DNA from: Podarcis erhardii
Taxonomy: Eukaryota
Direction: 5' to 3' (one strand)
Length of the DNA: 64,000 nt
Assembly (NCBI GenBank): GCA_964252035.1
Contig: OZ176201.1
The first letter of the stretch is position 1. Every line of letters starts with the position of its first letter. Of this stretch, positions 21,346 through 33,400 are shown one piece after another. The notes beneath the pieces were generated by a model. It was not told the origin of the DNA. It saw only the letters and a list, made by a program, of their open reading frames with translations, and did no database searches. The translations under genes and the position numbers were made by a program.

Positions 21346-24300
21346 GGGACTTGTAGCCCGGGTTGGGGAGAAGCATGTTGACGAAGCATGGTGATGACTA
21401 ACCACTCAACATAGAAGTGTAGTGGTCCAGGGACCTGCCTTGCATTGCAGGCAGCTTTCCCCATCATGAGCTGTTCCTCCCCATGAAAGAGATTGAATGT
21501 GAAAAAGCCTGATCTCTTTTCTCCTCAGGATATTAACTTAAATGACAGGTTTTTCTGCACCAGGTAATCCTGGGCAGGGACGATGCATTGTGTAGGTCCG
21601 CACCATGCACAGATACCCTGAGTAATACTAGTTGCCCTGTTTCTTTCCACCTGTTTTCTGCACCAAGAACCTGAGCTCGTGGGAAAATCTCTCTGGCCAT
21701 CTTCCAGAACTCCTGGCTGTTCTCTGTTACAAGTGGATCAGTTTTACACTCCTTCCCTCAACCCCATCGGATGTGATTTATAGGCAACTCGGCTTTTCTT
21801 ACTGCCGGGCCCTCGCTGGCTTGTAGCTTCACCAAATGAAAATTGGGCAGCTAAATCTATCCAAACAGGAGCTCCTGTTTCAAGGGATGAGGGGAGTCAG
21901 TGCTTGGAAGAGACCGTTCTTGGAAGGAGTGGAGCACAAAGGGAAGGGCCTCTGGGACACAGTGAACCTCTTTCAGCCTGTTCCATGTTCTATTCATAAA
22001 TGACAGTGTGTTCCTTTTCGCTACACTGTTTTGAAGTGGCCAGAATTGATCTTCTCAGTTGGTTTTAGATAAGACACCCAGTGAAACAAGCTGGGTTATT
22101 AGTCCAAAGGCCATATTGTCACACCTTTCACCTTGACTTGTTCCTGAGTTCTATTTGGCAGGTGGGGGGGGGTATGGAAAGTAATGCCGTATTTGACCAC
22201 TTTTGCTTTCTTGCCTTCCTCAGCCTCATAAAAGCTAGTTAGTTCCAAGCAGTCTATCCTGGAAGTGGCCAATTGCATAGGCTTTTTGCTAAGAAGCATG
22301 GAGTTTGGTTTCTCTTTCTTTCTTGAATGTCTCTTATTAGGCATTTCCCATTAAATCAGTTCACTACAAAATGCCAAATATTCCCAGTGAAGAACTAGTT
22401 TAGGATATTTTTGTCCTATGCATCTCAGCGGTTGTGCACAGAACCTATGCTATGATGTAGTCCTCTGTGGATACAGCCATGCCCACTTGCAAGAAATTCC
22501 ACATACTAGGAAGCCCTGATTACTTTCTGCGGTCACATACATCACTTCTAGGAGACCGTGAGTGTGGAGGGAGGCAGCTGCATCCTCCAAAGTTGGCAGG
22601 TGTATTAATAGTGGGGAGAAAATATTAACATGGCTAAAGCACTCCAAATTCCTCCCTCGTAACCATACTGTGTGTCTAAATGCCATTTTGTTTTAAACAT
22701 AAATATGTGGTTTCCTGCTTCCTGTGTCCAGTGAAGTAAAGAACTCTCTTGCATCGCCCTTGTTAGTACATCCATCAAGGTGTGTGCTCTTAAAGCAGTT
22801 TGCGGGGAGTGGAGTGGGAAGGGATGCTTTTGAAGAGAAGGTTGAACAATAAACAGTGTCCCTGGCCAGCTCAGAGAACAGCATGATGCTAACATTCGAC
22901 TTTGAATCAGCTTTGATTTCTGTTTGTTTTGTTTTTTTTAATGCAACAAATAATACAAAATGAAGGAAATGTTTAGAAACATTTATTTCACCCTGCCCAT
23001 GTATTTCCATGCTTTTGCACACTGGGGGCTAGAAACACACAAAATTAAATTTCCACAGTTTTCTACATCGCCTTCAGCTTCAGACATCTCTGAGATGCTG
23101 CATAGTGCAATTGTAGTCAGGCACATATTTAGGTGCTCCTTTCTACTAAAGGTGCTGTAGTGCCACTGTGGCAGTGGCTGCTATGACAAGACTACTGTTT
23201 ACAATCCTAAATACAAGAAGAATTACAGAAACAAGATCCAGTAGCCTGTGGGTGTTTCACTTGCATCTCTGCCAACTGACACTAGCCATAGGCATGTCAA
23301 CCTGCAGCAATGGTACAAATGTCACAGAACACCCCACTCCTGCCCCTCCCACATACAGGTCCTAGCTTCACTCTCTGGGATATCAGAAATACTGGAGAGC
23401 CACAGCCAGTCCAAACAAGACAGTACTGAACTGGATGGACTAATGTTCTGATTTCATGTAAGGTGGTTTCATATGTTCTCTCTACATGCAACAGACAAAA
23501 CTATGAGGTAGCCAGCACTTCCACTGGAAGAGGTCAAGGCCCACCAACAACAAGTACTCCAACATACAAGCGCTCCCAAGGTTTTTCCTCCAAAGGAACT
23601 CAAAAGGAACTCAAATCCCCTGCCAGCCTAACAAGCCAGTATTAACAGCATGAAGGAACATCAGCAGCATTCAGGCTACCATTTAGACAAGGAAAGTGGG
23701 AGTGCCATTCTGGTTGCCAGAGCCATCTGGATCCATGGCCCAGTACATAACAAAAGGTCCATATATGGAATGTTAGGCCACAGGCTCCCCAAGAGAAGAG
23801 GTTGGCTAGGGTAGAGCAGCTGATAACATTCAGATCACAATACAGAATATATTTGTGTTGGTTTCAAGGTGCAGTGGGAGTTTATTGCGAGAGGTGAGGG
23901 TAAGTGGATGGGGACAGAGAGTGTGGGCAAATAAACACTGCCAGGAAGCTTTCAAGAGGCAGGTCAACAAACTATAGTAGCTCAGGGAAAGTGTAAAGCA
24001 ATGAGAAAAATGTTGACCCTCATCTCGGGCAAAGCCAGTAAATTTGATCCTAATCTCAGGCAAAGCCAGTGACCACAGGACTGGAAGAAAAGTGGCAGGA
24101 TCTGATCCAAAGAGCTCTATAACTGGACCCTTGTCCCCCAGGGGCCTGGCCCACTATGCCTTTTTCCTACTCAACATGAACCCAGAAATCTAGCTCAGGG
24201 GTGCTCAAAGGTGGACCACAACAACCATCATCCTTGGCCATGAGAGCACTACATGAGCCACTCCTGTTCTAGGTAGAGCCATTGCTCACTGCACCAGCAT

Positions 24301-25708
24301 AGGATTAGCACATGAACTGGCCTGGATCCCAGCTATCATACTCCTGGCTGAGAAGATGAGAAACCAGCAGACTCTTAGGACAATACAGTGTGGTGCTCTG
24401 TCAGATCACATACGTAATTCAAGGGCTAATGGTCTCACTCTGACAACTGTGGGCCCCCACAATGCCTACAAGTCTGCTTGGTTTCGCTAGACTGTTGTAT
24501 CTTCAGTCTCTGTCAGTGCAAGAGAAATTAGGAACCATCTTATCGCTGGCCAGAAAGCACGTAGCTCAGGGATAGGAGGATCATACTGTTTGCGCTTTGA
24601 TGTGTTAAGAAAGTGAACACTGATAGAGAGCAGATTTCGAGCTGGCGCTGGTACAACAGTGCTTTGATAATTCAGGTGTTGGCTCAAGGTAAGTAATATT
24701 TTGTCAGAGCACACTTTGGTGCTAGTTAAGAATTATATGTTATAAAAATTATTAATCAATTCCCACCCTTCACCCTAAGGTCCAAATTATAAGGTCCACT
24801 ATTTCCTGTTTAGGACAAGTGTGACTCACCAAGAATGGCAGTTCAGCCTAACAGTGGAGTTTGATCTCTTTGCTATCCTGGAGTTAGAGACAAGATGCCT
24901 ATAACAAACACATGCCTGCTTGGGAATGTGGTGGGTTGTTTTTTATTCCTGAAAGGAGCAAATCTCTAGGATCCTATTGATTTTTGAGGACCAGTTTATG
25001 CGCACGTGCAAGCCACTTGACAGCTTGCAGCCAAGAGTGGAAACAGATTATGCTTGTGGGCTGAATGATGCTGGCCTGTGCCTTCAACAGTTCTTATCTA
25101 GTGCCATCATATTAGTGAATATTTCTGCTCCATATGATGAGGATACCCAGTGTGATGGTTGCCCTTCACTGTGTATAGAATTTGCCAAGGGGATGCCATC
25201 TTCTGTGGCATTCAGCTCCCTGCAATCCTAAACGTCAATAAACACAGTAGGACTTGCATCTGAGTAAATATCCATAGACCTGGCCTATGAATACAAGGAC
25301 TGTTGCCAATGAAAGATAGTGTGATTGAGGCGATATGACACGGCTTTGAGATGCGGGGTTAATATTGTAAACAGGTTTTTCAGATATTGCAAACAGTCAC
25401 TGCCAACAGTTTTTTCTTAACAAACATTCCCTGGAAAGGGTAAGTTCTTAAATGAAGGGGCAGGAGACATAAGGGCTGGTATTTTGATGCCAATCATGTC
25501 TGTTACACTTTCACAATAAAAATTTCTCTCAGCACTCCAAAAGTCATATGTAGAACAAGAAACTACAATGGCGTTATGTACAATAAGTATTTGGCTGATG
25601 TAACGCAAGAATAAATCCAGGTTTGCCGCCAAATATACACTTGACAGGGAGTTGTTGTTGCCAGCTAGTGCACTCTTCTCCTTTTGCAATTGTGTTTGAC
25701 CTATCTAT

Positions 25709-26595
25709 TTGTTGTTGTTTAGTCATGTCCAACACTTCATGACCCCATGGACCAGAGCACGCCAGGCACTCCTGTTTTCAACCGCCTCCTGCAGTTTGGT
25801 CAGATTCATGTTAGTAGCTTCGAGAACACTGTCATCCCCTTCTCCTTGTGCCCTCAATCTTTCCCAACATCAGGGTCTTTTCAAGGGAGTCTTCTCTTCT
25901 CCTGAGGCGGCCAAAGTCTTGGAGCCTCAGCTTCAGGATCTGCCATTCCAGTGACCACTCAGGGCTGATTTTCTTCAGAATGGAGAGGTTTGATCTTCTT
26001 GCAGTCCATGGGACTCTCAAGAGTTTCCTCCAGCATCATAATTCAAAAGCATCACTTATTTGGCAACCAGCCTTCTTTATGGTCCATCTCTCACTTCCAT
26101 ACTTCACTACTGGGAAAACCATAGCTTTAACTATAGGGACCTTTGTCGGCAAGGTGATCTCTGCCTTTTAAGATGCTGTCTAGGTTTGTCATTGCTTTTC
26201 TCCCAAGAAGCAGGCATATTTTAATTTTGTGACTGCTGTCACCATCTGCAGTGACCATGGAACCCATGAAAGTAAAATCTCTCACTGCCTCCATTTCTTC
26301 CCCTTCTATCAGTGGCCTAGCGTGGGTTGTCAGCACCCGGGGCAAGGCAAGTAATTTGCACCCCCTAACCCGTGGATTTTAGCACTCAGAGAGCTGCGAG
26401 TGCGAGCGCACCCCCCTCAGATGTTGTGCCCGGTGCGGCCGGCCCCCCACTGCACCCCCCACGCTATGCCACTGCCTTCTATTTGCCAGGAGGCAATGGG
26501 ACCAGTGTTTTTTTTTATGTTGAGTTTCAGACCATATTTCGCGCTCTCCTCTTTCACCCTCATTAAAAGGTTCTTTAATTCCTCCTCCCTATCTA
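25709..26595 (-). mobile_element. BovB/RTE LINE 3' portion with internal deletions, interrupted by a hAT MITE
   Basis: Minus-strand peptides MRVKEESAKYGLKLNIKK, EEMEAVRDFTFMGSMVTADGDSSHKIK, WTARRSNLSILKKISPEWSLEWQILKLRLQDFG; (TTG)n tail at 25709. Confidence 0.9.
26310..26474. mobile_element. hAT MITE nested in BovB
   Basis: 17-bp TIRs CAGTGGCCTAGCGTGGG / CCCACGCTATGCCACTG (1 mismatch); perfect 8-bp TSD CCTTCTAT (26302-26309, 26475-26482). Confidence 0.9.
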
Positions 26596-26649
26596 TACTG
26601 TACCACAAAACCCAAAAAAGGAGTGGGGGGGGGGACGAGGAACTGTGTG

Positions 26650-27450
26650 TGAATTTACAACGAAGGAGTCAGCAGCAGCTTGGCTGCTCGATTTAAACAG
26701 AGCCAGGATTTCCTTCCAGATTAGCCATGATCTCGGCGGGCAGCGGAGATCAGCGGCGCCCGACGCTGCAGAATCCGTCGTCGAAAGGTGATTGTCCAGA
26801 AGCCGGAATGCGCGGGGGCGGACAAAGACGGGGGCTCCGCCTGAGCGGACGAAGGCTGCGTACCGGTTACTCTCCCTCCCCGGTACACCCAGCCGGGCCT
26901 CCGCGTTGCTCTTTTAAGGCGTCCCTCCCATGGCGGGCGTTGCCCCTTTAAGGCCTCGTCGGTTCAGTGCAGGGAGCGGCGGCGGTGAGCAGGAGGAGGC
27001 GGCGGCGGCCGGGCTTCCCGGGTCCGTGCAGCGGGGAGGTGAGGAGCAGCAGCAGCAGCCACGCAGAGCCGGCGGCGCGATGGTGGAGAAACGCGTGTCC
27101 CGCTGGTACTTCGGAGGCCTGGCCTCGTGCGGGGCAGCCTGCTGCACCCACCCGCTAGACCTGCTCAAGGTGCGTCTTTGCGTTAGAGAAACCCGCCAGG
27201 AAAGAAGACGGGGCACCCCTTTCCCCGGCGACGGATGGGGGGGACCTGGCCCCTAAAATCCCTCTCCGGCCCTCTGCCTCCCGTCTTCCCCCTGGGCTCC
27301 CCTGCGCTGATCTCTGCTGGCCCCATCCCTGCTGTTTGTCTCTCGCCGCCCCCTCCGCTTCAATATTGCCGCGTGTTTCCTTTGCAGCTTGGGAAATCCT
27401 TGCGCCGCTTCCTTTCCCCGCTTGGCTGCAGGGAAAGGTGGCTGAACACC
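26650..27450. promoter_or_regulatory. CpG island / promoter of SLC25A10
   Basis: CpG-rich region around the first exon. GC boxes (GGGGGCGG near 26815). TTTAAGGC occurs twice (26913, 26947). Confidence 0.75.
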
Positions 27451-30400
27451 AAAGTGCTCCAAGGAGAGGTTCTTCACCTCTAACCTACCATTTGCGTCTA
27501 AGGCAGCGCGAGCGACGGCAAGGGGAGGAGACACTTCCTTAGCCCACCCCCACTCAGGGTTGGAGACTATAGGGGGCTGACAGTGGTGTGCCATTTCCCT
27601 TTTCTCCTCTCCCCCACCCCACCCCTTACAATGATTTCTATCTGCCATTTTGGCTCCCTTGATAACTAGGAAGTTGGAACTGCCTGGGCACCACCACCAC
27701 CACCGTGGTGCACAGATGTACCCCGTTTCCCAGACAAGAGACATGGCCTGCGGTTGGTATTCTGGCCCTGGCTGGCACCCCTTGGTGTCTCGTTTCCTGG
27801 GCACAGCAGACTGGCATCTGCTGCCGCTGTGTGCCCTGTAGTGGGAGGCTCCCTCTGGCCAGACGGCGTTGGCTGCCTTCCAGGAAGCAGTGCCTAAGGA
27901 GCTAACTGAAGGCAACAGTCTTGAGTCTGTTCAGATTGATTGATTGATTAAATTTGTATTCAGCTGAAGATCACAGGGCAAGTTCGAAACATAAAAATAC
28001 AAAAACGAGAACAGACACCTCCCCCTCATTTCCAGTTCATTCTATGTAAGGTAAAGGTAAAGGACCCCTGGACAGTTAACTCCATTATGTGTAGTATAAT
28101 TTGACCAGCTAGCATTCTCCACTACGAATTAGAGAGCACAGATCAAGGCATAATTATCATCACAGTAGTTGGGCCCCTGCTCTGTTCAATATTACTGTAG
28201 TGTACTTGTAAAACAGGTATAGCCTGTCTGGTTTCTAGCTTCTACTATGTGTCAAGTGATACAGAATTTGCACAGCGTTTTCTTGGTTTGAGAGACTGAG
28301 GCCTAATTGTGTTGGTTTGGAAGTGAGGACTTCCAAGATAACAGCTTGAATTCAGTGGCAGTATCTCCTGGTATGAATGGAGGCCTGCAAAAAGCAAAGA
28401 GGCCCCATTCAGCCACGATTCTGCACTTCTGCCATTGTGCAGACCCCTCACAAGTGGCCAAATACCGTAGCTTCTGCCCTGAAAGGCAAGCGCACAGAGG
28501 GAAAGCGGCATGTCCAAGGTCAGTGGGGCCATTAAGAGTTTCTCTTAATGATCTCTGGCATGCAGCCCTGATCAGCAGATGCAGTGTTTTCCTGTACTCT
28601 GTTGAATGGGTACAGAAATTTATTTTCTTTATCTCTATCTTTATTGCTGTTATTTCTCAGATTCATTAGTCGTCATAGTGGGCGTTCTTAAGTTATTTTG
28701 TTTTCTGTTTTAAAAACAGAATCCAAGGTTCCTCAAATGTACGCAAAAGACATTCGTCCTTGACATGGGGCAAGCCAATCAGAAAGGCCAAAACATGAGG
28801 AAGAATTCAAATGTTGCACTAAAACAAACATTCTGGCAAGGCAAGCATTTCTGTTTGCTCAAGGGAACAGTCCTCCCTTTCCTCCCCCATGTGCTGTTCT
28901 AAGGGTTCTCCTGCTTACTCCCTACAAGCCAATTTGGGGAACGTGGGGTGAGGAGAGAGGAAGAAAGCCCCATTGCACTAGTAGCAGTCCTCGTGTGAGC
29001 TTTTTTGAGCTGTGCCAGTTAGTCAAATCTGTCCTATAATCCAGGAAGAGACCAGTGTCAACAGACCTCTCCTGGCTGCTGTCTAGAGCTCCACACAGAA
29101 GCCTGCTTGGGATTTTAATGATAACTTTTCTAAGCCCTTTTATTACCCAACTGCCCTGCATTTATTTTTTGTGTACCTAGACAAGAGATCTGCCAACTGC
29201 CTTTCTCTGTCTAGGGCCTATTTCTCAGGGGTATCTGTCAGGGACCACACATTGGTGATAAGTGAGGCTACATCCAGTTTCCACCTTTCTTTCTGCCTGC
29301 CCGGCCCCTGCCCCTTTCCCCATCCCTTTGTCACCTGCATGAACTTAGGCCAAAAGATGCATGCAGTCCTCGGGGCATAAGGTTGCCCACTCCAGCAAAA
29401 GTGGTCTCTGAGGTGATACTCATCATCGCACCAAGGTGTCCCCAGCTTTTGTCCTTGCTCTTGAAAGTCAAATGTCGAAGACTGCATACACAACATACAT
29501 CTGAAACACACTTACACACCTTAGAGAATCCTGGGAACCCTAGTTTACTCCCTCACAGACTTACAGTTCTCAGCACCCTTATCAAACTGCAATTCCCAGG
29601 ATTCTGTGGGGGTGGGAATGTATGGTGTGTACATGGCCCAAGTCTGCCCCACAGGCTGCTTTAAAGCTGACAGAAAGGGGATGGACTTGTCAAACTCAAT
29701 AAACTTGAAAGATAGCTTTCTTAGGAGGGGAGTTTGTGGGGCTACCAAGTTTTTCTGCCCAGCCACTGACAAGTTACCAGGCAAGGCCTGTTCTGAGATT
29801 CTCACCCACTCCACCCGCCTCTCCCTGAGCATTCTGCATACTTAGCCCTGGTCCCTAATGGGGTGGGAACATTCTTTTCCCTTGTTATGGTCTGGCAGGG
29901 GCACACTAATGCCAGCATGAAGCTGCTAACCCTGGAGATTCCTGCAGATTTGAGCCTCCATCGTTTGCTTTCCCTGTGTCACTGCTGGGCCTGCCAGCTG
30001 CTTGATGAGCACATTCCAGCTTCATCCTTCACAATGGGATCTTTGAGCTGCCACTGGCTGCCTGGGAACACTGCCCATCTGAGCTGCTGTCCTCTGCTTC
30101 ACTGCCCTCTCCTGGCTACTGGTACTTCTGCAGCCTTAGCTGATGTGTGTTTCCACCGGGGGCTGCTTCAGTCCACTTGCTTCTTAAAAGGGTGGGTCTT
30201 ACCAAAAATGGCGAAGCTGTGGGTCTTCCAGATGTTGTTGAACTCCAACCCCTGCTCCTAGAAGGCTCTTGGATTTATTGATTTATTTATTGTTTTTATT
30301 TAAATTAAATTTATTTAAAATTATATATTTTGATTCTCTGGCCCCATATCTGCACAAATTTATTATCCCAAAATACAGACGTGCTTTTACACTTGCAAGA

Positions 30401-33400
30401 CTGGATGTTTTGCCATCTGCCGTACTTGAGGGTCAGTTCCAAAAGATCCCGCCTGAGAAATGTCTTTGCCCCTGTGGAGATGGTAGCACCGAAACAGCGG
30501 CACATGTCCTCCTGTCTTGTGCTCTCTACAAAGACCTGAGGAACGAGATCATCACCCTACTCGTACTAACCATCCCAGGGTGCTCAACCACTGCCACAAT
30601 GTCCTTTCTTCTATCAGATCAAAATGAGCAGATAACAGCAAAGGTTTCTAGGTTCATAGCAGGGGCAATCAGAATAAGGGCCACTAACTGACAGCTGATT
30701 CAGGACTTTAAATTGTGCTCTTATATCAAACTTCCTTTTCTGCGTATACTGTAATGTTTTACTGTTGCTATGGCCATTGGCTAATGCGAATAAAGTTTTA
30801 TCTTATCTTATATAAAATATATTTTATTTTAGTTATTTATTGCTTTTCTCCCAAAAACTCAAGTACATGGTTTCTGCTCATTTAATCCCCAGGACAACCC
30901 TGTGAGGTAGTGCCTGGCTTTGTGGCCAAGTGAGGATTTGAACCTTTGTCTCCCAGCTGTTAATCCGACACTCTAACAAATATAAAATCACTGTAGATTT
31001 GGAAGGGGCCACAAGAGTCACCTCGTCCAATCCCTTGCAGTGCAGGGATATTTCGCCCAGTGTGAGGCTAGAACCCACAACTCAGAGAGATTAAGAGTCT
31101 CATGCTCTACCAACAAAGCTATCCCCAGCTGCCTATAAAACATCGGTACATTTGCATTCAAGAACCTCCAGTCAGATAATTGCTTGGACTCCTTGTTCCT
31201 TACAGTAATATCATGCAGGATGGGAGAAGGCCAGTGTCGAGAAGTGCAAGTGTTTTGTACTATTTCATTTCTGGGTCCAGTTCAGAACTTGTGTAGGCTA
31301 CAGTCTCTTGTTGCTTGAATTGACCTCTCCCCTTCTTCAGGATAAGGGCTGGTTGGCCAATGGCCCTGCCAAGGTTTTTTTTTTTTTTATCAACGTGGCA
31401 GCCTTTCACCTAAATTCTCTCCAAGATGGCTGTACAGTACTATAAACACGAGCTGCTCCACTGCGAGGTCAGGGTGCTTGCAGGTGGGATGGTAATCTGG
31501 GAAACCAATGTTGACCTGCATTTCTAAACTACAGAAGCAGATGGGTCAGCAGTCGTCTGTGGATGCAGGCACCAGACTGTCCAGGGAAGCCCCTTGCCAT
31601 GGCTGGAACAAGTGCCTTGTGGCTGTGATTGCAAAAACATCCAAAATTAATAGCACCCATTAGGTTATGGGGTGAAGAATGCAGGAATCTTCTTACAGCT
31701 CACTGGGGGGAATAATATCTGGGAGAAATTGGGGGAGGTAGCTGGGAGGTAAGACTTGTCTTTCTGGAAGGAGTGGGTTTTGTTGGGCAAGCCACATGTC
31801 CTGATGGAGGGGAAAGGGTTTTGTAAAAGCAAGGAAACCAGAAGTCACGAATCCTTTTCAAATTTTATGGGGGAGAGTGGAGCAGGATAACAAAATATAA
31901 ATTCTTATGCAAAGGGATTGTCTCTAGGGGGAAAACATCAGTCATGGCTTTAAAAATAGAGAGAATCTCTCCTTAAGCTCTGGTGGGCAGTATTCTTGGA
32001 GTAGAAGATTCAAAGTGGATGTTTACAATGAATTCCTGAGATCTTGTTGATGTGGAGTTGCAGTTTCATTTGTTTGCTGTATCAGTGGTGCATGGGCCGT
32101 GGCTGCTTAATCTTTTCCTTGCCCTGGCCCCCTCAGAGAACAAAGAGCCTGGCAAATCCAGCCTGACCTGTTTGCTACCTGCTTTCCTTGCCTGTAGGTC
32201 CACCTGCAAACCCAGCAGGAAGTGAAGATGCGCATGACGGGCATGGCTTTGCGTGTGATTCGCAATGATGGCTTCCTGGCCCTCTACAGTGGGCTTAGTG
32301 CCTCCCTCTGCCGGCAGGTGAGTTGTTGGGCCGCTGCAACGATTGCTTTAGCCCTGTCTGTTCAGTCCTGCTCCTTTCGTCTGGCTTCCCATGCCAGATT
32401 TTTGGTTCCGTCACGCTACCCGTGAAAGTTCTGCAGCTTCTTCCAGCACCCTTCAAAGCGTATTCCACAGATTTAACACTGAGACTCTGTTTGGCTTCAC
32501 GGACAGAGCTTTGTAAATTAGGTCGACTTGCAGTCTCTGAAACTGAGAGGCCATTTGGTCACAGTTAACGGCAAAAATCCCACAGAATATTGTCAATAGA
32601 ATATAAGGATCCAATAGCCCCTGCCATCTGAGAAGGTCAAGCAGGTTTTTAGACTAGGAATTTCTGAAATGAGGCATGTGCTTCTAAACTATGTCCTCCC
32701 CAAGACTTTGATGAGTCAGGCATCTTGTGCAGATGAGGAGAAGCGACAGCTTCTTGAGTTGGATCCCTCTTCCTTCTTAATATCTTGTTTATTAGCAGCA
32801 CACTGACAGTCACAATGGCTCCCTCCACTCCCGGCACACTGTTGCTTCTCCCACCACTCTGCAAGGGAATTCTCAATCCTTGCAAGTGGCTCTGTAATAA
32901 CGTCACATTGATTTCTGCAGCCACCATAAGCCCTGCTTGAATATCATTCTGCTTGCAGAATCTATGATTCCTGAATAGTTGGGTGTTAGGGTTGGCCTCT
33001 GCTATGGCAAGCAGGGTTCGGGGAAGAAGAGGGCTTCACCTGGGGTTGCACCTCTTGCATATATACCAGGTGGTGCCTGTTGATTGGCGAAAAGGACACT
33101 GCTGCCATGGCTCTTAAGGGCACAAGCACCATAATGCAAAGGCTGTGGCCATGCCAGCGCAGGGGCTGCACCATTGCCAAGCTGATGCCATGGCTGAACG
33201 GTGATTCTGCTGAGCGATTGCCCTGTGCTGGGCAGGACCAGGGCCTGAGAGCGTGCTGCCAACCTGCTCTGACTCTTTCTGCTTCTCCAGATGACGTACT
33301 CCCTCACCCGCTTTGCCATCTATGAGACTGTGCGGGACCACTTGAGCCAGGGTGCCCAGGGGCCAATGCCCTTCTACCAGAAGGTGCTGCTAGGTGCAGT

